Origin: Psychrobacter cryohalolentis K5
GTDB lineage: Bacteria > Pseudomonadota > Gammaproteobacteria > Pseudomonadales > Moraxellaceae
Assembly (NCBI RefSeq): GCF_000013905.1
Contig: NC_007969.1
Span: 780,001-812,000 of the forward strand
Length of the DNA stretch: 32,000 nucleotides
Direction: 5' to 3'
A program made the translations under genes and the position numbers. This document shows, piece after piece, positions 16,648 through 26,089 of the stretch (within the stretch, counting starts at the first letter, position 1; every line of letters starts with the position of its first letter). The notes under the pieces were generated by a model. That model saw only the letters and a list, made by a program, of their open reading frames with translations, did not search any database and was not told the DNA's origin.

Positions 16648-18306
16648 ATGACCAATACCCAGCAACAATCAGAATCTATCGACGATAATCAGCCACAATT
16701 AAGCAAGCAGCAAGATAGTGATAATAATAAGAAAGTGCCGCGTGTATTAATGATATTAGATGGGTTTGGGCATCGTGAAGATGATAAAGATAATGCCATT
16801 GCTGCCGCTAATATGCCAAATTTAGATAATATTTATGAACAGTATCCGCATGGATTGATATCAGCGTCAGGAGAAGATGTTGGTTTGCCAGATGGTCAGT
16901 TTGGTAATTCAGAAGTTGGGCATATGAATTTGGGCGCTGGGCGCGTGCTTTATCAAGATTCAACTCGTATCTCAAGTGAAGTTGCCAGTCGTGATTTTTA
17001 TAAAAATGAAGCCTTGGTCGATGCAGTAAAAGCCGCCAATACATTGGGCGGCAATGTGCATATTATGGGCTTGCTGTCAGATGGTGGCGTCCATTCTCAT
17101 CAAGACCATATTGAAGCAATGTGCCATTCCGCATTGGTACATGGTGCCAAAAACGTCTTTGTGCATTGCTTTTTAGATGGACGTGACACGCCGCCTAAGT
17201 CTGCTGATAAATATATCAATCGTCTTCGTGATCATATCGCAAAGTTGAATGCCCATTATGAGAGTGGTCGTGTACAGATTGCGACTATTATTGGGCGTTA
17301 CTATGCAATGGATCGTGACAATCGCTGGGATCGCGTGCAAAAAGCTTATGAGCTGATCACTGAAGGTAAAGCGGATCGTTTAGCAACTCGTGCTGATGGG
17401 GCAGTGCAAGCTGCGTACAAAGCACGCGAAACCGACGAATTCATTAATCCAACGGTCGTAATTGGACGTGATGAGGTACCTTATACCGTTGATGACAATG
17501 ATGCTCTTATTTTTATGAATTTCCGTGCTGACCGTGCTCGTGAGCTTGCGCAAGCTTTCGTATTACCGGATCATGAGTTTTCAGGATTTGCCCGCAATAA
17601 GCAGCCAAAACTTGCGGCATTTGTGATGTTGACCAAGTATTCTGATGTGTTAGCAGATAATCCTAAAACCAGCATCGCTTATTATCCAAATTCATTGACC
17701 AATACTCTTGGCGAGTATTTGCAAGATAAGGGCAAGACCCAGTTACGTATTGCTGAAACTGAAAAATATGCTCATGTGACGTTCTTCTTTAGTGGTGGGC
17801 GTGAAGATGAATATAAAGGTGAGACACGCATCTTAGTGCCATCGCCAGATGTTGCTACTTATGACTTGCAGCCTGAGATGAGCGCGCCTGAAGTGACAGA
17901 TAGATTGGTGGAAGCGATAGAATCTGGTAAATATGACGTGCTAGTTGTCAATTATGCCAATGGTGATATGGTCGGTCACACTGGTATCTTTGATGCTGCG
18001 GTGCAAGCAGTAGAAGCGTTAGATATCTGCGTTGGGCGCGTGGCAGAAGCAGTACGTGCGGCAGGCGGCGATATGCTGATTACAGCAGATCATGGCAACT
18101 GTGAGCAGATGCAAGACTATGAGAGTGGTCAAGTCCATACTCAGCATACTACTGAGCACGTGCCACTTATTTATGTCGGTGAGAAAAAAGTACAAGTCCG
18201 TAGCGGCGGTAAGCTTAGTGATGTTGCACCTACTATTTTGGCCTTAATGGATATCGAAGCGCCGAAAGAGATGACAGGCGAAAGTCTGTTAGTTGCCCAT
18301 CAATAA
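16648..18306 (+). CDS. gpmI: 2,3-bisphosphoglycerate-independent phosphoglycerate mutase
   Basis: [36 protein letters not shown] and TADHGN motifs. 552 aa, with an N-terminal Q/D/N-rich extension of about 30 aa. GAGGAG RBS. Confidence 0.95.
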   Translation: MTNTQQQSESIDDNQPQLSKQQDSDNNKKVPRVLMILDGFGHREDDKDNAIAAANMPNLDNIYEQYPHGLISASGEDVGLPDGQFGNSEVGHMNLGAGRVLYQDSTRISSEVASRDFYKNEALVDAVKAANTLGGNVHIMGLLSDGGVHSHQDHIEAMCHSALVHGAKNVFVHCFLDGRDTPPKSADKYINRLRDHIAKLNAHYESGRVQIATIIGRYYAMDRDNRWDRVQKAYELITEGKADRLATRADGAVQAAYKARETDEFINPTVVIGRDEVPYTVDDNDALIFMNFRADRARELAQAFVLPDHEFSGFARNKQPKLAAFVMLTKYSDVLADNPKTSIAYYPNSLTNTLGEYLQDKGKTQLRIAETEKYAHVTFFFSGGREDEYKGETRILVPSPDVATYDLQPEMSAPEVTDRLVEAIESGKYDVLVVNYANGDMVGHTGIFDAAVQAVEALDICVGRVAEAVRAAGGDMLITADHGNCEQMQDYESGQVHTQHTTEHVPLIYVGEKKVQVRSGGKLSDVAPTILALMDIEAPKEMTGESLLVAHQ

Positions 18307-18375
18307 TCCAATTATAATAAGGCGCTAGAAATTTATACTAGTAGCGTTACATTACTTTCAAAGTAAATTAATATT

Positions 18376-18410
18376 AAAAGGGAGAGCTATTGATCAGCTC
18401 TCCCTTTTTT
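18376..18410 (+). terminator. gpmI rho-independent terminator
   Basis: Arms gggagagct (18380-18388) and agctctccc (18396-18404), followed by tttttt. Confidence 0.85.
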
Positions 18411-18635
18411 GTTGCTACATTTTGTCTAACATTTCACCTAAGTTACTTGCAATACTCTCCTATTCTTATAAGGGTGCTTGATGCTATCTTATGGGCTATT
18501 ATTCAATAATAACCATATAACAATCCTATAATAATGATGGCTTAACTTTGGACAAATTTTCAGGTGATTTTTATGCATTTTAACACTCCTATCAGTCGTA
18601 CATTTCCATTGACCTCTAAAAGACTCGAGCAATCA

Positions 18636-20135
18636 ATGAGTACGATATCTAGCTACACTAATGTCTTAAAGCCGACGCTTATCGTGGGTTTTCTGGGCTT
18701 AAGTATGATTGCTATACCAGCGCAAGCGGCTGTCAAAGATACTGCGGCAGGGCGCAACGCAAGTCGTACGGCAAGCTTACAACTCATCAGTTTAAATGCT
18801 GATAATGTACCATTAGATAACGGTGCAGATGATCTATCAGATATTGCTGATATGCTTGAATCTGCTGATCAAGCTGACGATTTAATTGATAGTGTGGCGG
18901 ATGAAAGTGTGCTGAACAATGAATCGCCTATTATTAATACCGACATTCCTGCCGAAGTGGCTCAAGTGTCATTAAATGCTATTTCTCCTGAAACGTTGAA
19001 GACCTTTGTTGCTTTGATTGATTTGGTGCGTCGTGAATATGTCGATACGGTTAATGATGAAGAACTGTTTAATAATGCTATGAGCGGCATGTTGACCAAG
19101 CTCGATAGCCATGCGGAATTTTTGGACGCTGAAGCTTATGAGAATCTGCGTGCTTTTACGGAAGGCGATGTCGGCGATATTGGCATCAAAGTTGAGTATC
19201 AATCAGCCTTGGGTTATTGGGTCATCACTGAGGTACTGGATGATTCACCTGCCGATAAAAAGGGTATCGCAGTTGGCGATTATCTACACCAAGTCGATGA
19301 GTTTAAGCTTGGCGAAGATGAAGAAAGTAACGATATCGAGCAGCTTTTGACAGGCATTGCCGGTACGCAAGTAGATGTGGTGACGTCCAAGGCAGGACGC
19401 CGTAAACATGTCACCACTTTACAACGTAATAATAGCCATCCTCAAATTATTGAAACTCGTTTTGTAGATGGTATGGCCATTGTTAGGTTGCCAGCATTTC
19501 AAAATAATAGCCGTGAAAAACTGCTACAAAGTTTGATCGATTTGGATAAGCCTGTCACAGGAATACTACTAGATTTACGTGATAATCCAGGTGGCGTATT
19601 GGCATCCGCTGTGAGCGTTGCTAGCCTATTTATGACAGATACGGATGTGGTACAGATAAAGAGTCGCCAAGCAGATTCCCGTACATTGTCGACTAGAGGT
19701 GCAGCATTGCTTGAGGCACTACCGGTAGTGGTGTTGCAAAATCGCTATTCGGCGTCAGCGGCAGAAGTGTTGACCAGTAGCTTGCAAGCGCAAAAGCGTG
19801 GCACTGTCTTAGGTGAGGTCAGTTACGGCAAAGGCTCTGTACAATCGGTGATACCGCTTAACGATGAGCAAGCGGTCAAGCTTACGGTTGCCAACTATAT
19901 GACTGCTTCAGGTAAAAAGATAGATGGTATTGGGGTAGAGCCTGATATCGCTCTATCGGGCAGTGAAAGCACGTGGGAGCAGCAAGCGCTTGATTTATTA
20001 CGAAAGAAAGCACTTACTTCAGGTATTCGATTTGTACGCTCTGAGAAAAAGCCCGATCCTAAAAATAGTATTATTAAAAATAATACAGCTATAAAGAATG
20101 TTATTGAAAAACCAACATCTAAGGAAAAGCTCTAA
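18636..20135 (+). CDS. S41 family carboxy-terminal processing peptidase (CtpA/Prc-like)
   Basis: The start is taken at the ATG at 18636, which gives a signal peptide (…LSMIAIPAQAAV); the ORF is open from 18564. A PDZ segment reads GIKVEY…VITEVLDDSPADKKGIAVGDYL. The S41 catalytic region reads LDLRDNPGG … NRYSASAAEVL … GKGSVQ. An acidic D/E-rich insertion follows the signal peptide, and the C-terminal tail is Lys-rich. Confidence 0.85.
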   Translation: MSTISSYTNVLKPTLIVGFLGLSMIAIPAQAAVKDTAAGRNASRTASLQLISLNADNVPLDNGADDLSDIADMLESADQADDLIDSVADESVLNNESPIINTDIPAEVAQVSLNAISPETLKTFVALIDLVRREYVDTVNDEELFNNAMSGMLTKLDSHAEFLDAEAYENLRAFTEGDVGDIGIKVEYQSALGYWVITEVLDDSPADKKGIAVGDYLHQVDEFKLGEDEESNDIEQLLTGIAGTQVDVVTSKAGRRKHVTTLQRNNSHPQIIETRFVDGMAIVRLPAFQNNSREKLLQSLIDLDKPVTGILLDLRDNPGGVLASAVSVASLFMTDTDVVQIKSRQADSRTLSTRGAALLEALPVVVLQNRYSASAAEVLTSSLQAQKRGTVLGEVSYGKGSVQSVIPLNDEQAVKLTVANYMTASGKKIDGIGVEPDIALSGSESTWEQQALDLLRKKALTSGIRFVRSEKKPDPKNSIIKNNTAIKNVIEKPTSKEKL

Positions 20136-20163
20136 TCTAGTCACAATTCTATATCAAAGCCCC

Positions 20164-21903
20164 TTATTCAGCTTGATCTTCTGCAATCTCAAGTTTGGTC
20201 ATACGATAGCGTAAGGATCGAAAAGTGGTTCCTAATAGTTCAGCGGCTTGGGTTTTATTCCAGCCAGTTTGCTTAAGTGCAGTGATAATAAGTTGTCTTT
20301 CTTGCTCTTGGAGATAGTGCTCTAACCCTTGTGCTGGTAGCTGACCACTGACGCTGCTTTTTATCGCGATACTGTTTAATATATCAATATTGCCATCAAT
20401 GCTACTGTCGAGATTGGCTACAGAATCGGTCTTATCACTATTTGCGTTCTTGTTTACTGATTCAGCGCGCTCCGCCATTGCTGTCACTGATTGCTGCTCT
20501 ATTCCTATTGCGGAAGACGATGAGTCGGATATCGTACCGGATATCGAAGATTGCTTCACTGCAGCATAGTGATGAGTCATCGTACGATAAGGGTGCAGAT
20601 TAGCCTTTGCTTGCTGCGTCGAGACACTTTTGATAGATGATGGTTCTCTATCGTCTTTATCTATATTTTCTATTGAATCAGATGCGTTATCTTCATTGAT
20701 TTTTTGAGGCATATGCGCCTGTTGATGGACATTTAAGTCAGATAAGCCGAGATGGCTTATATCAATAGTTGAGGTTTCAGCCAAAGTAACGGCACGTTCA
20801 AGTACATTACGCAGCTCACGAACGTTACCCGCAAAATCATGCTGCTGTAAACGCAGGCAAGCCTCTGCAGTTAATAAAGGCTTCGACTCCAACTGCCACT
20901 CTTCAGCAATCAGCGCTAAAAAATGCGTGGCTAATACCGGTATATCATCGCGCCGTGCATTCAATGTTGGTAATTTAAGCTCAATCACGTTAATGCGGTA
21001 ATATAAATCCTGACGGAACAACCCTGTCTGTACCAGCTGGTTTAAATCTTTATGCGTGGCTGACAAGATACGAATATCGACAGGCACTTCTTTGGTATCG
21101 CCAATCGCGCGTACAGTTTTCTCCTGAATAGCCCGTAGCAACTTCACTTGCATCGCTAAAGGCAAGTCTGCTACCTCATCTAAAAATAAAGTACCGCCAT
21201 TGGCTTGCTGAAATAGACCTTGCTTGTCCGCAACGGCACCTGTAAAGCTGCCTTTTTTATGACCAAAAAACTCTGATTCCATCAGCTCTGATGGTATCGC
21301 CCCGCAATTGACTGGCACAAAACTGCCGTCACGCCGCGGGCTTAAGTCATGAATGAGCCGCGCAACGACTTCTTTACCTGTACCTGAAGCCCCTGACAAA
21401 AATACTGGCGCTTGTGAGCGAGCCAATTTTAAAATCGTGTTTTTTAAAGGATGCATTACCGCCGAATCACCAATCAGGCGCTCATCAAGCATCTGCTGTT
21501 CAGGTGAGCGTTGCGGCGTGGACTTGGCAGTCAAATCTTGTTGTATTACCTTTAGCGCGTTTTCAACCAATTGCCGTAAGCGGGGTAGCTCAAGCGGTTT
21601 ATTGACGAAATCAAAAGCCCCAAGCTTTAGTGCTTCAATCGCTAAATCCATACTACCATGCGCTGTAATCACCGCAATGGGCTTACTGGAGCTGGCACTG
21701 ATATGTTTGACCAACTCTAATCCCGAACCATCAGGGAGTTTTAAATCGGTTAGACAAAAATCATAGTCATTGTCTTGCCAGTACGATTTCGCTTGCGACA
21801 ATGTATAGGCAACATCACTTTTGATACCCATTTTGGTCAGGGTGATTTGCATCAAACGGCATAAATCTACTTCGTCATCAACGACTAGCGCGGTGGTTGT
21901 CAT
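20164..21903 (-). CDS. pilR: Sigma54-dependent response regulator PilR, with a low-complexity linker insertion of about 138 aa
   Basis: A receiver domain (VVDDEVD…CLTDLKLPDGSG) is followed by an AAA+ sigma54 activator core (GASGTGKE, the GAFTGA-type loop ESEFFGHKKGSFTGA, and RQDLYYR). The C-terminal Fis-type HTH reads WNKTQAAELLGTTFRSLRYRMTKL. Identity to P. aeruginosa PilR as I recall it is near-continuous, except for the linker. It sits directly downstream of a PilS-like kinase. Confidence 0.88.
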   Translation of the reverse strand: MTTTALVVDDEVDLCRLMQITLTKMGIKSDVAYTLSQAKSYWQDNDYDFCLTDLKLPDGSGLELVKHISASSSKPIAVITAHGSMDLAIEALKLGAFDFVNKPLELPRLRQLVENALKVIQQDLTAKSTPQRSPEQQMLDERLIGDSAVMHPLKNTILKLARSQAPVFLSGASGTGKEVVARLIHDLSPRRDGSFVPVNCGAIPSELMESEFFGHKKGSFTGAVADKQGLFQQANGGTLFLDEVADLPLAMQVKLLRAIQEKTVRAIGDTKEVPVDIRILSATHKDLNQLVQTGLFRQDLYYRINVIELKLPTLNARRDDIPVLATHFLALIAEEWQLESKPLLTAEACLRLQQHDFAGNVRELRNVLERAVTLAETSTIDISHLGLSDLNVHQQAHMPQKINEDNASDSIENIDKDDREPSSIKSVSTQQAKANLHPYRTMTHHYAAVKQSSISGTISDSSSSAIGIEQQSVTAMAERAESVNKNANSDKTDSVANLDSSIDGNIDILNSIAIKSSVSGQLPAQGLEHYLQEQERQLIITALKQTGWNKTQAAELLGTTFRSLRYRMTKLEIAEDQAE

Positions 21904-22069
21904 ACATCATCTCATTGTTTTCAAGTGCTACAAAAGTATATAAAATAACGCTCTAAGGGTTTATCAGTCTTAATAACTGCATTGGTTACAGGTATTTTTT
22001 AATGAACAATATAAAGCCTTTTGTTTTACATTTTCTTTCAATTTTTTTTGAGAAGTAATTCTTTCTTCT

Positions 22070-23800
22070 TTAGATAAAAGTTGGACTAACGATGTCATTA
22101 TGAACAGCAGGAAAAATTAGCCTAAAGCAGGTTTTTTGATGCTCAGGCACATACAGTAAGCGTGCCTGATTGGCTTCACAAAAGGCTTGTGATAAATATA
22201 GCCCAAGCCCTGTGCCTGATTGTTCGGTGGTAAAAAACGGATTAAATAAAGCGCTTAAATCATCTGCATTAACACCAGTACCGCCATCCAAAACATCGAT
22301 TATAACATCGTTATCGGCACAATAAATTTCGATTTCCACAAAGGCATGAGGGTGGGCGTAACTACTATAGCGTAAACCATTATTGATTAAATTGATGAGT
22401 ACCTGCTCTAACTGATGAATATCAAAAGAGATGGTAGGCTGGGTAAGAACATGTAGAAAGACATCATGTCCTTTAAAGTAATTGTCTAAAAATACAGGCA
22501 TCCAATCAGCAAGGATAATGGTTTGTTGATTGGCCGTTTGCTGGCGCGACAGTTTTAATACGTCTTCGATAATGCGATTAACGCGTTTTGTTTGCGAAAA
22601 TATCATTTTATAAAGCTCATGGTTGCCAGTCATCTGGCTATTTATATCATTATTAGCGAAAGGACTTAGGGCATTGTCATTGTCCATCTCGCTTTCTATA
22701 ACATCTTCTATTAGCAACTGGCTAGCTTGCGAAATAGCTGCCAAAGGGTTTCTGATTTCATGAGCGATACTGGCGGTCAACTGTCCAAGTGAGGCGAGCT
22801 TTAATTGTTGCGCACTGGCTTGTTCACGGCGTAAATCCTCTAATATAATGAGTTTACTGTCGTCTTTTAACGGAATAATATCGACACGTAGCTTGCCAAT
22901 GATAGAAGAGTTGGCAACAGCAGGCAGCTCATAAATAAAAGTACGCGTTAGTCCTGCGGCTACCGATAAGCAAGCATTAAACAATTGCAGATGTTGTTGG
23001 CCAAGTTGCTGCTCAAAAGCGGCTACTGGTTTTGACTGATTGTCATGACGGCTTGGGATGCTAAGTAGCTGATAAGCCGCAAGGTTGGCTAAGACCACTT
23101 GTTTGTCATCAATGACGATGACACCATTGACCATTTGAGAGATGACTTCTTGATTGATACTATTTAAACGCTCGACTTCTTTGGCATGGCGAACCGCCAC
23201 TTTTTCAAGCTGTACCAAGCGCTGCGATATCGACCAGCTTAGACCGCCTACTGCCAAAAAGCTGGCTGACATGAGTAGGGCACTGCCTAAATTTGCCAAA
23301 CTCATACTATTGGCAATGGCATAAAAAAACTGCTGATAAATCACAAAAATAATGGCAAGCAAAGTAATAATTAATGCTTGTGAGCCATGTAATAACATAA
23401 AGCTTGCTGCTACCACCACCATGTATAGCATGGTCAGCTGCAAATCAGGTGCGCCAGCGGTATAGAGCAGTAAGCTTAGGATAATGACATCTAGCGCCAA
23501 CCCAAAAGCCAGCTGTCGGCGCATATGCTTACCAACGGTATAAAATAATCCTAGCAAGATTAAACTCAGCAAAACGTAAAAACTGAGCACGGTTTGCTGC
23601 AAGAAACTTGGCAATGATGGGCTGCCATCCGTGCGAACCGTAATATATACCATCAGCATAAAAAACAAGCTGACGATAAAGCGATAACTGCTATAAATCA
23701 TCCCCAGTTTGCGTAACTGCGGCACAGGCAAAATATCATCTTGCTCTAGATAGTCAGTAATAACAGCGATAAGCTTGGAGGCAGATTTGGCAGGATTCAT
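22070..23800 (-). CDS. pilS: Sensor histidine kinase PilS-like
   Basis: About 6 N-terminal TM helices, then a PAS-like segment. The HisKA H-box reads LGQLTASIAHEIRNPL. The HATPase_c N, G1 and G2 boxes read NLINNGLRYS, DGGTG and GTGLGLYL. It lies upstream of pilR on the same strand. Confidence 0.82.
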   Translation of the reverse strand: MNPAKSASKLIAVITDYLEQDDILPVPQLRKLGMIYSSYRFIVSLFFMLMVYITVRTDGSPSLPSFLQQTVLSFYVLLSLILLGLFYTVGKHMRRQLAFGLALDVIILSLLLYTAGAPDLQLTMLYMVVVAASFMLLHGSQALIITLLAIIFVIYQQFFYAIANSMSLANLGSALLMSASFLAVGGLSWSISQRLVQLEKVAVRHAKEVERLNSINQEVISQMVNGVIVIDDKQVVLANLAAYQLLSIPSRHDNQSKPVAAFEQQLGQQHLQLFNACLSVAAGLTRTFIYELPAVANSSIIGKLRVDIIPLKDDSKLIILEDLRREQASAQQLKLASLGQLTASIAHEIRNPLAAISQASQLLIEDVIESEMDNDNALSPFANNDINSQMTGNHELYKMIFSQTKRVNRIIEDVLKLSRQQTANQQTIILADWMPVFLDNYFKGHDVFLHVLTQPTISFDIHQLEQVLINLINNGLRYSSYAHPHAFVEIEIYCADNDVIIDVLDGGTGVNADDLSALFNPFFTTEQSGTGLGLYLSQAFCEANQARLLYVPEHQKTCFRLIFPAVHNDIVSPTFI

Positions 23801-23840
23801 GGATTAATAACTAATGTGCTTAATGAGAGGGACTTGATAA

Positions 23841-24476
23841 TTAGGGTTGAATAAGACCATGGCGAATCGCCAAATGCGTCAATTTCACATCACTATCGAC
23901 ATTTACTTTTTCATAAATACGATAACGATAGGTATTGATGGTCTTCACACTGACAAATAACTGGTCTGCAATTTGTTGAGGGCTTTGACAGTTGACCACC
24001 ATCATTGCTACTTGCTTCTCACGATCACTGAGCAAATCAAAAGGGGAATTGGCATTATCAGATAATAGTACGTCAGCTAATTGTTCAGCGACGTCTTGGC
24101 TAAAGTAGCGTCCACCTTGATAGATTTTTTTGACCGCTCGTATCATCTCATCAAGCGGTGTGCCTTTAGTAATATAGCCATTGACGCCTGCTTTAATCAA
24201 CATTGAGGGATAAGGTTGAGCTGACATACTACTAACTGCCAAAATTTTGATACCCATATCCAGCTGAATCAAGCGTTTGGTTGCTTCCAGACCGCCGATA
24301 TTGGGCATATTGACATCCAGTAATATCACATCAGGACGCAGCTGTTTTGCCATCTTTATCGCCATATCACCGCTGTCTGCCTCACCGACGACTTCGATAT
24401 CTGCACTATCTGCCAGCATACGGCTAATACCCATCCGCACCAAATCATGATCATCTACTACTAATACTCGAATCAT
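23841..24476 (-). CDS. gacA: NarL/LuxR-family response regulator GacA/UvrY
   Basis: [21 protein letters not shown]… and the C-terminal …[13 protein letters not shown]…[15 protein letters not shown]…L..LAIRHGL are nearly collinear with Pseudomonas GacA as I recall it. 211 aa. Confidence 0.85.
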   Translation of the reverse strand: MIRVLVVDDHDLVRMGISRMLADSADIEVVGEADSGDMAIKMAKQLRPDVILLDVNMPNIGGLEATKRLIQLDMGIKILAVSSMSAQPYPSMLIKAGVNGYITKGTPLDEMIRAVKKIYQGGRYFSQDVAEQLADVLLSDNANSPFDLLSDREKQVAMMVVNCQSPQQIADQLFVSVKTINTYRYRIYEKVNVDSDVKLTHLAIRHGLIQP

Positions 24477-24882
24477 TGTTATACTCTTTTCTATCTATCA
24501 GAATAAAGGGTGCACTGCTAAATTTAAGTCATCTTAATCAATCTATTTGACCAATAACACTCATTTACGCATAAAAAAGCCAATATTAATTGCTTTATTT
24601 GGACAGTAGAGACGTAATAAGGTGTCTACCAGCGTTAATGTAATGCTATATTGCGATAATGTTAACTAATATTGCTGTAACATCAAGTAAGTGTAGTAAA
24701 ATTTGAATGTGGCACTGAAATGCCATCTAATTGATTTAGTACATTAAACTTAAATGTAAACCATGATACACTAAAAATACAAAAACTCTATGTGAGTATC
24801 TACAAACACACCTATAAACGCTACGTACGTAGTTGGCGTCAGTCAGTATGTCACTGATGACAGCACGTAAGCAGGAGGCAGA

Positions 24883-25977
24883 ATGAAGCAACTACCATTA
24901 ACCAAACAGCAATTAATCGCTGCTATGATTTCATTGAGTTTGGGCAGTGTCGCACAAGCCGCACTTACAATTAATGGTAGCGCCAGCGCTGAGTCTAGTG
25001 CTCGCTTGAGCTGGGGCGGTGCCGATAGCTTGTCTGAAGCGCGCAGTATCATGTCTAGGTCTGGCAACAGCTCTACGATTAAAAAAATAGATAACGGTTC
25101 TGGTACAACCAGTATTACCAATACGACCAGTTTTGGTAGTAGTAATAACAACAGTTATAATAATGCCAATAGCTACAACACCACGTATCGCGGTAGTTTT
25201 GGCAACAGTAATATGATTCCGATCAGCACTGATTCGCGCAGTGTCGCGGTTATTGATGCAGAAACCGGTGAGTCAATTTATCAAAAAGATGCGGATATCG
25301 CGCGTCCAATGGCCAGTATTACCAAGGTAATGACGGCTATCGTGGTACTTGATGCCGGCTTAGATATGCGTGAAGAGCTAACACTTGATCCAGAAGATTT
25401 CGTTGGTCCAAAGCGTGCCAGCTCTAACCTAAAGTCAGGCGATCGGCTCAATCGCGCTGAGATGCTGTTAATGGCATTAATGAAATCAGAAAATCCTGCA
25501 GCAAAAAGTCTTGCCCGTAATTATCCGGGTGGCTATAGCGCCTTTATACGCGCGATGAACCGTAAAGCACAAGAGCTTGGCATGAGTACCGCTTTCTTTG
25601 GTGATCCAACGGGTCTGGATAAGCGCAACGTTGCTTCCTCAAATGACTTGGTTAAAATGGTTCGTGCTGCTGGTAACTATGACGTGATTCGTCGTTTCTC
25701 AACCACTAAGAGCTATGATTTTTTTGTCTCTAACTTCTCAAGTGGTAACCGTACTTACAAAGCCAATAACACCAGCAGCTTAGTTCGTGATGGCAGCTAT
25801 CCTATCGGCATCTCAAAGACAGGCTTTATCAATGAAGCAGGGCGTTGTGTTGTCATGGAGACGCGCGTCAATAATCGTCCCGCTATTATCGTGATTTTGG
25901 GTGCCAATAGTTCAGCAACGCGCTGGGGTGATGCCAAAAATATCTTAAATAGCTTAGCAACACGTCGCACGGTATAA
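24883..25977 (+). CDS. pbpG: D-alanyl-D-alanine endopeptidase (PBP7/PbpG type, S11) with an S/N-rich N-terminal extension
   Basis: Signal peptide (…SLGSVAQA) and motifs SITK (SxxK), SEN (SxN) and KTG. It has no PBP5 C-terminal domain. About 100 aa of Ser/Asn/Gly/Thr-rich sequence lie between the signal peptide and the catalytic domain. AGGAGG RBS. Confidence 0.85.
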   Translation: MKQLPLTKQQLIAAMISLSLGSVAQAALTINGSASAESSARLSWGGADSLSEARSIMSRSGNSSTIKKIDNGSGTTSITNTTSFGSSNNNSYNNANSYNTTYRGSFGNSNMIPISTDSRSVAVIDAETGESIYQKDADIARPMASITKVMTAIVVLDAGLDMREELTLDPEDFVGPKRASSNLKSGDRLNRAEMLLMALMKSENPAAKSLARNYPGGYSAFIRAMNRKAQELGMSTAFFGDPTGLDKRNVASSNDLVKMVRAAGNYDVIRRFSTTKSYDFFVSNFSSGNRTYKANNTSSLVRDGSYPIGISKTGFINEAGRCVVMETRVNNRPAIIVILGANSSATRWGDAKNILNSLATRRTV

Positions 25978-26019
25978 GATTACAGCGTTAAACGCGCAGT
26001 ATCAAAAGACATTTATAAT

Positions 26020-26052
26020 AAAAAGGCTGTTATGTGATATAACAGCCTTTTT
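26020..26052 (+). terminator. pbpG rho-independent terminator
   Basis: Arms ggctgttat (26025-26033) and ataacagcc (26039-26047), followed by ttttt. Confidence 0.85.
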
Positions 26053-26089
26053 ATTATGTCAAAAACGTATTGATGTTAAGGAGCATTAC

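Noticed and set aside
21353-21766. 137-aa plus-strand ORF, and the 63-aa ORF at 21414-21605, antisense to pilR
   Set aside because: Both are fully embedded antisense in a strongly conserved AAA+ domain coding region, with no independent signals. This is a typical shadow ORF. The same reasoning applies to the following embedded ORFs:
- 14038-14337
- 15392-15679, 15490-15750, 15529-15813, 15764-16018 and 15870-16061
- 24843-25151
- 27740-28054 and 27793-28011
- 28147-28341 and 28163-28393
- 28965-29198
- 30486-30674
24710-24724. Sigma54-like promoter element tggcactgaaatgcc upstream of pbpG, attractive because PilR is a sigma54 activator
   Set aside because: The GG-to-GC spacing is one nucleotide short of the TGGCAC-N5-TTGC consensus and the -12 element is TGC rather than TTGC. 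The motif is also simply a tggca/tgcca hairpin. This is not enough to call a promoter.
25978-26089. TPP riboswitch upstream of thiE
   Set aside because: The 112-bp spacer holds only the pbpG terminator and an RBS. It is too short and lacks the conserved CUGAGA / ACCUGA-type THI-box elements.
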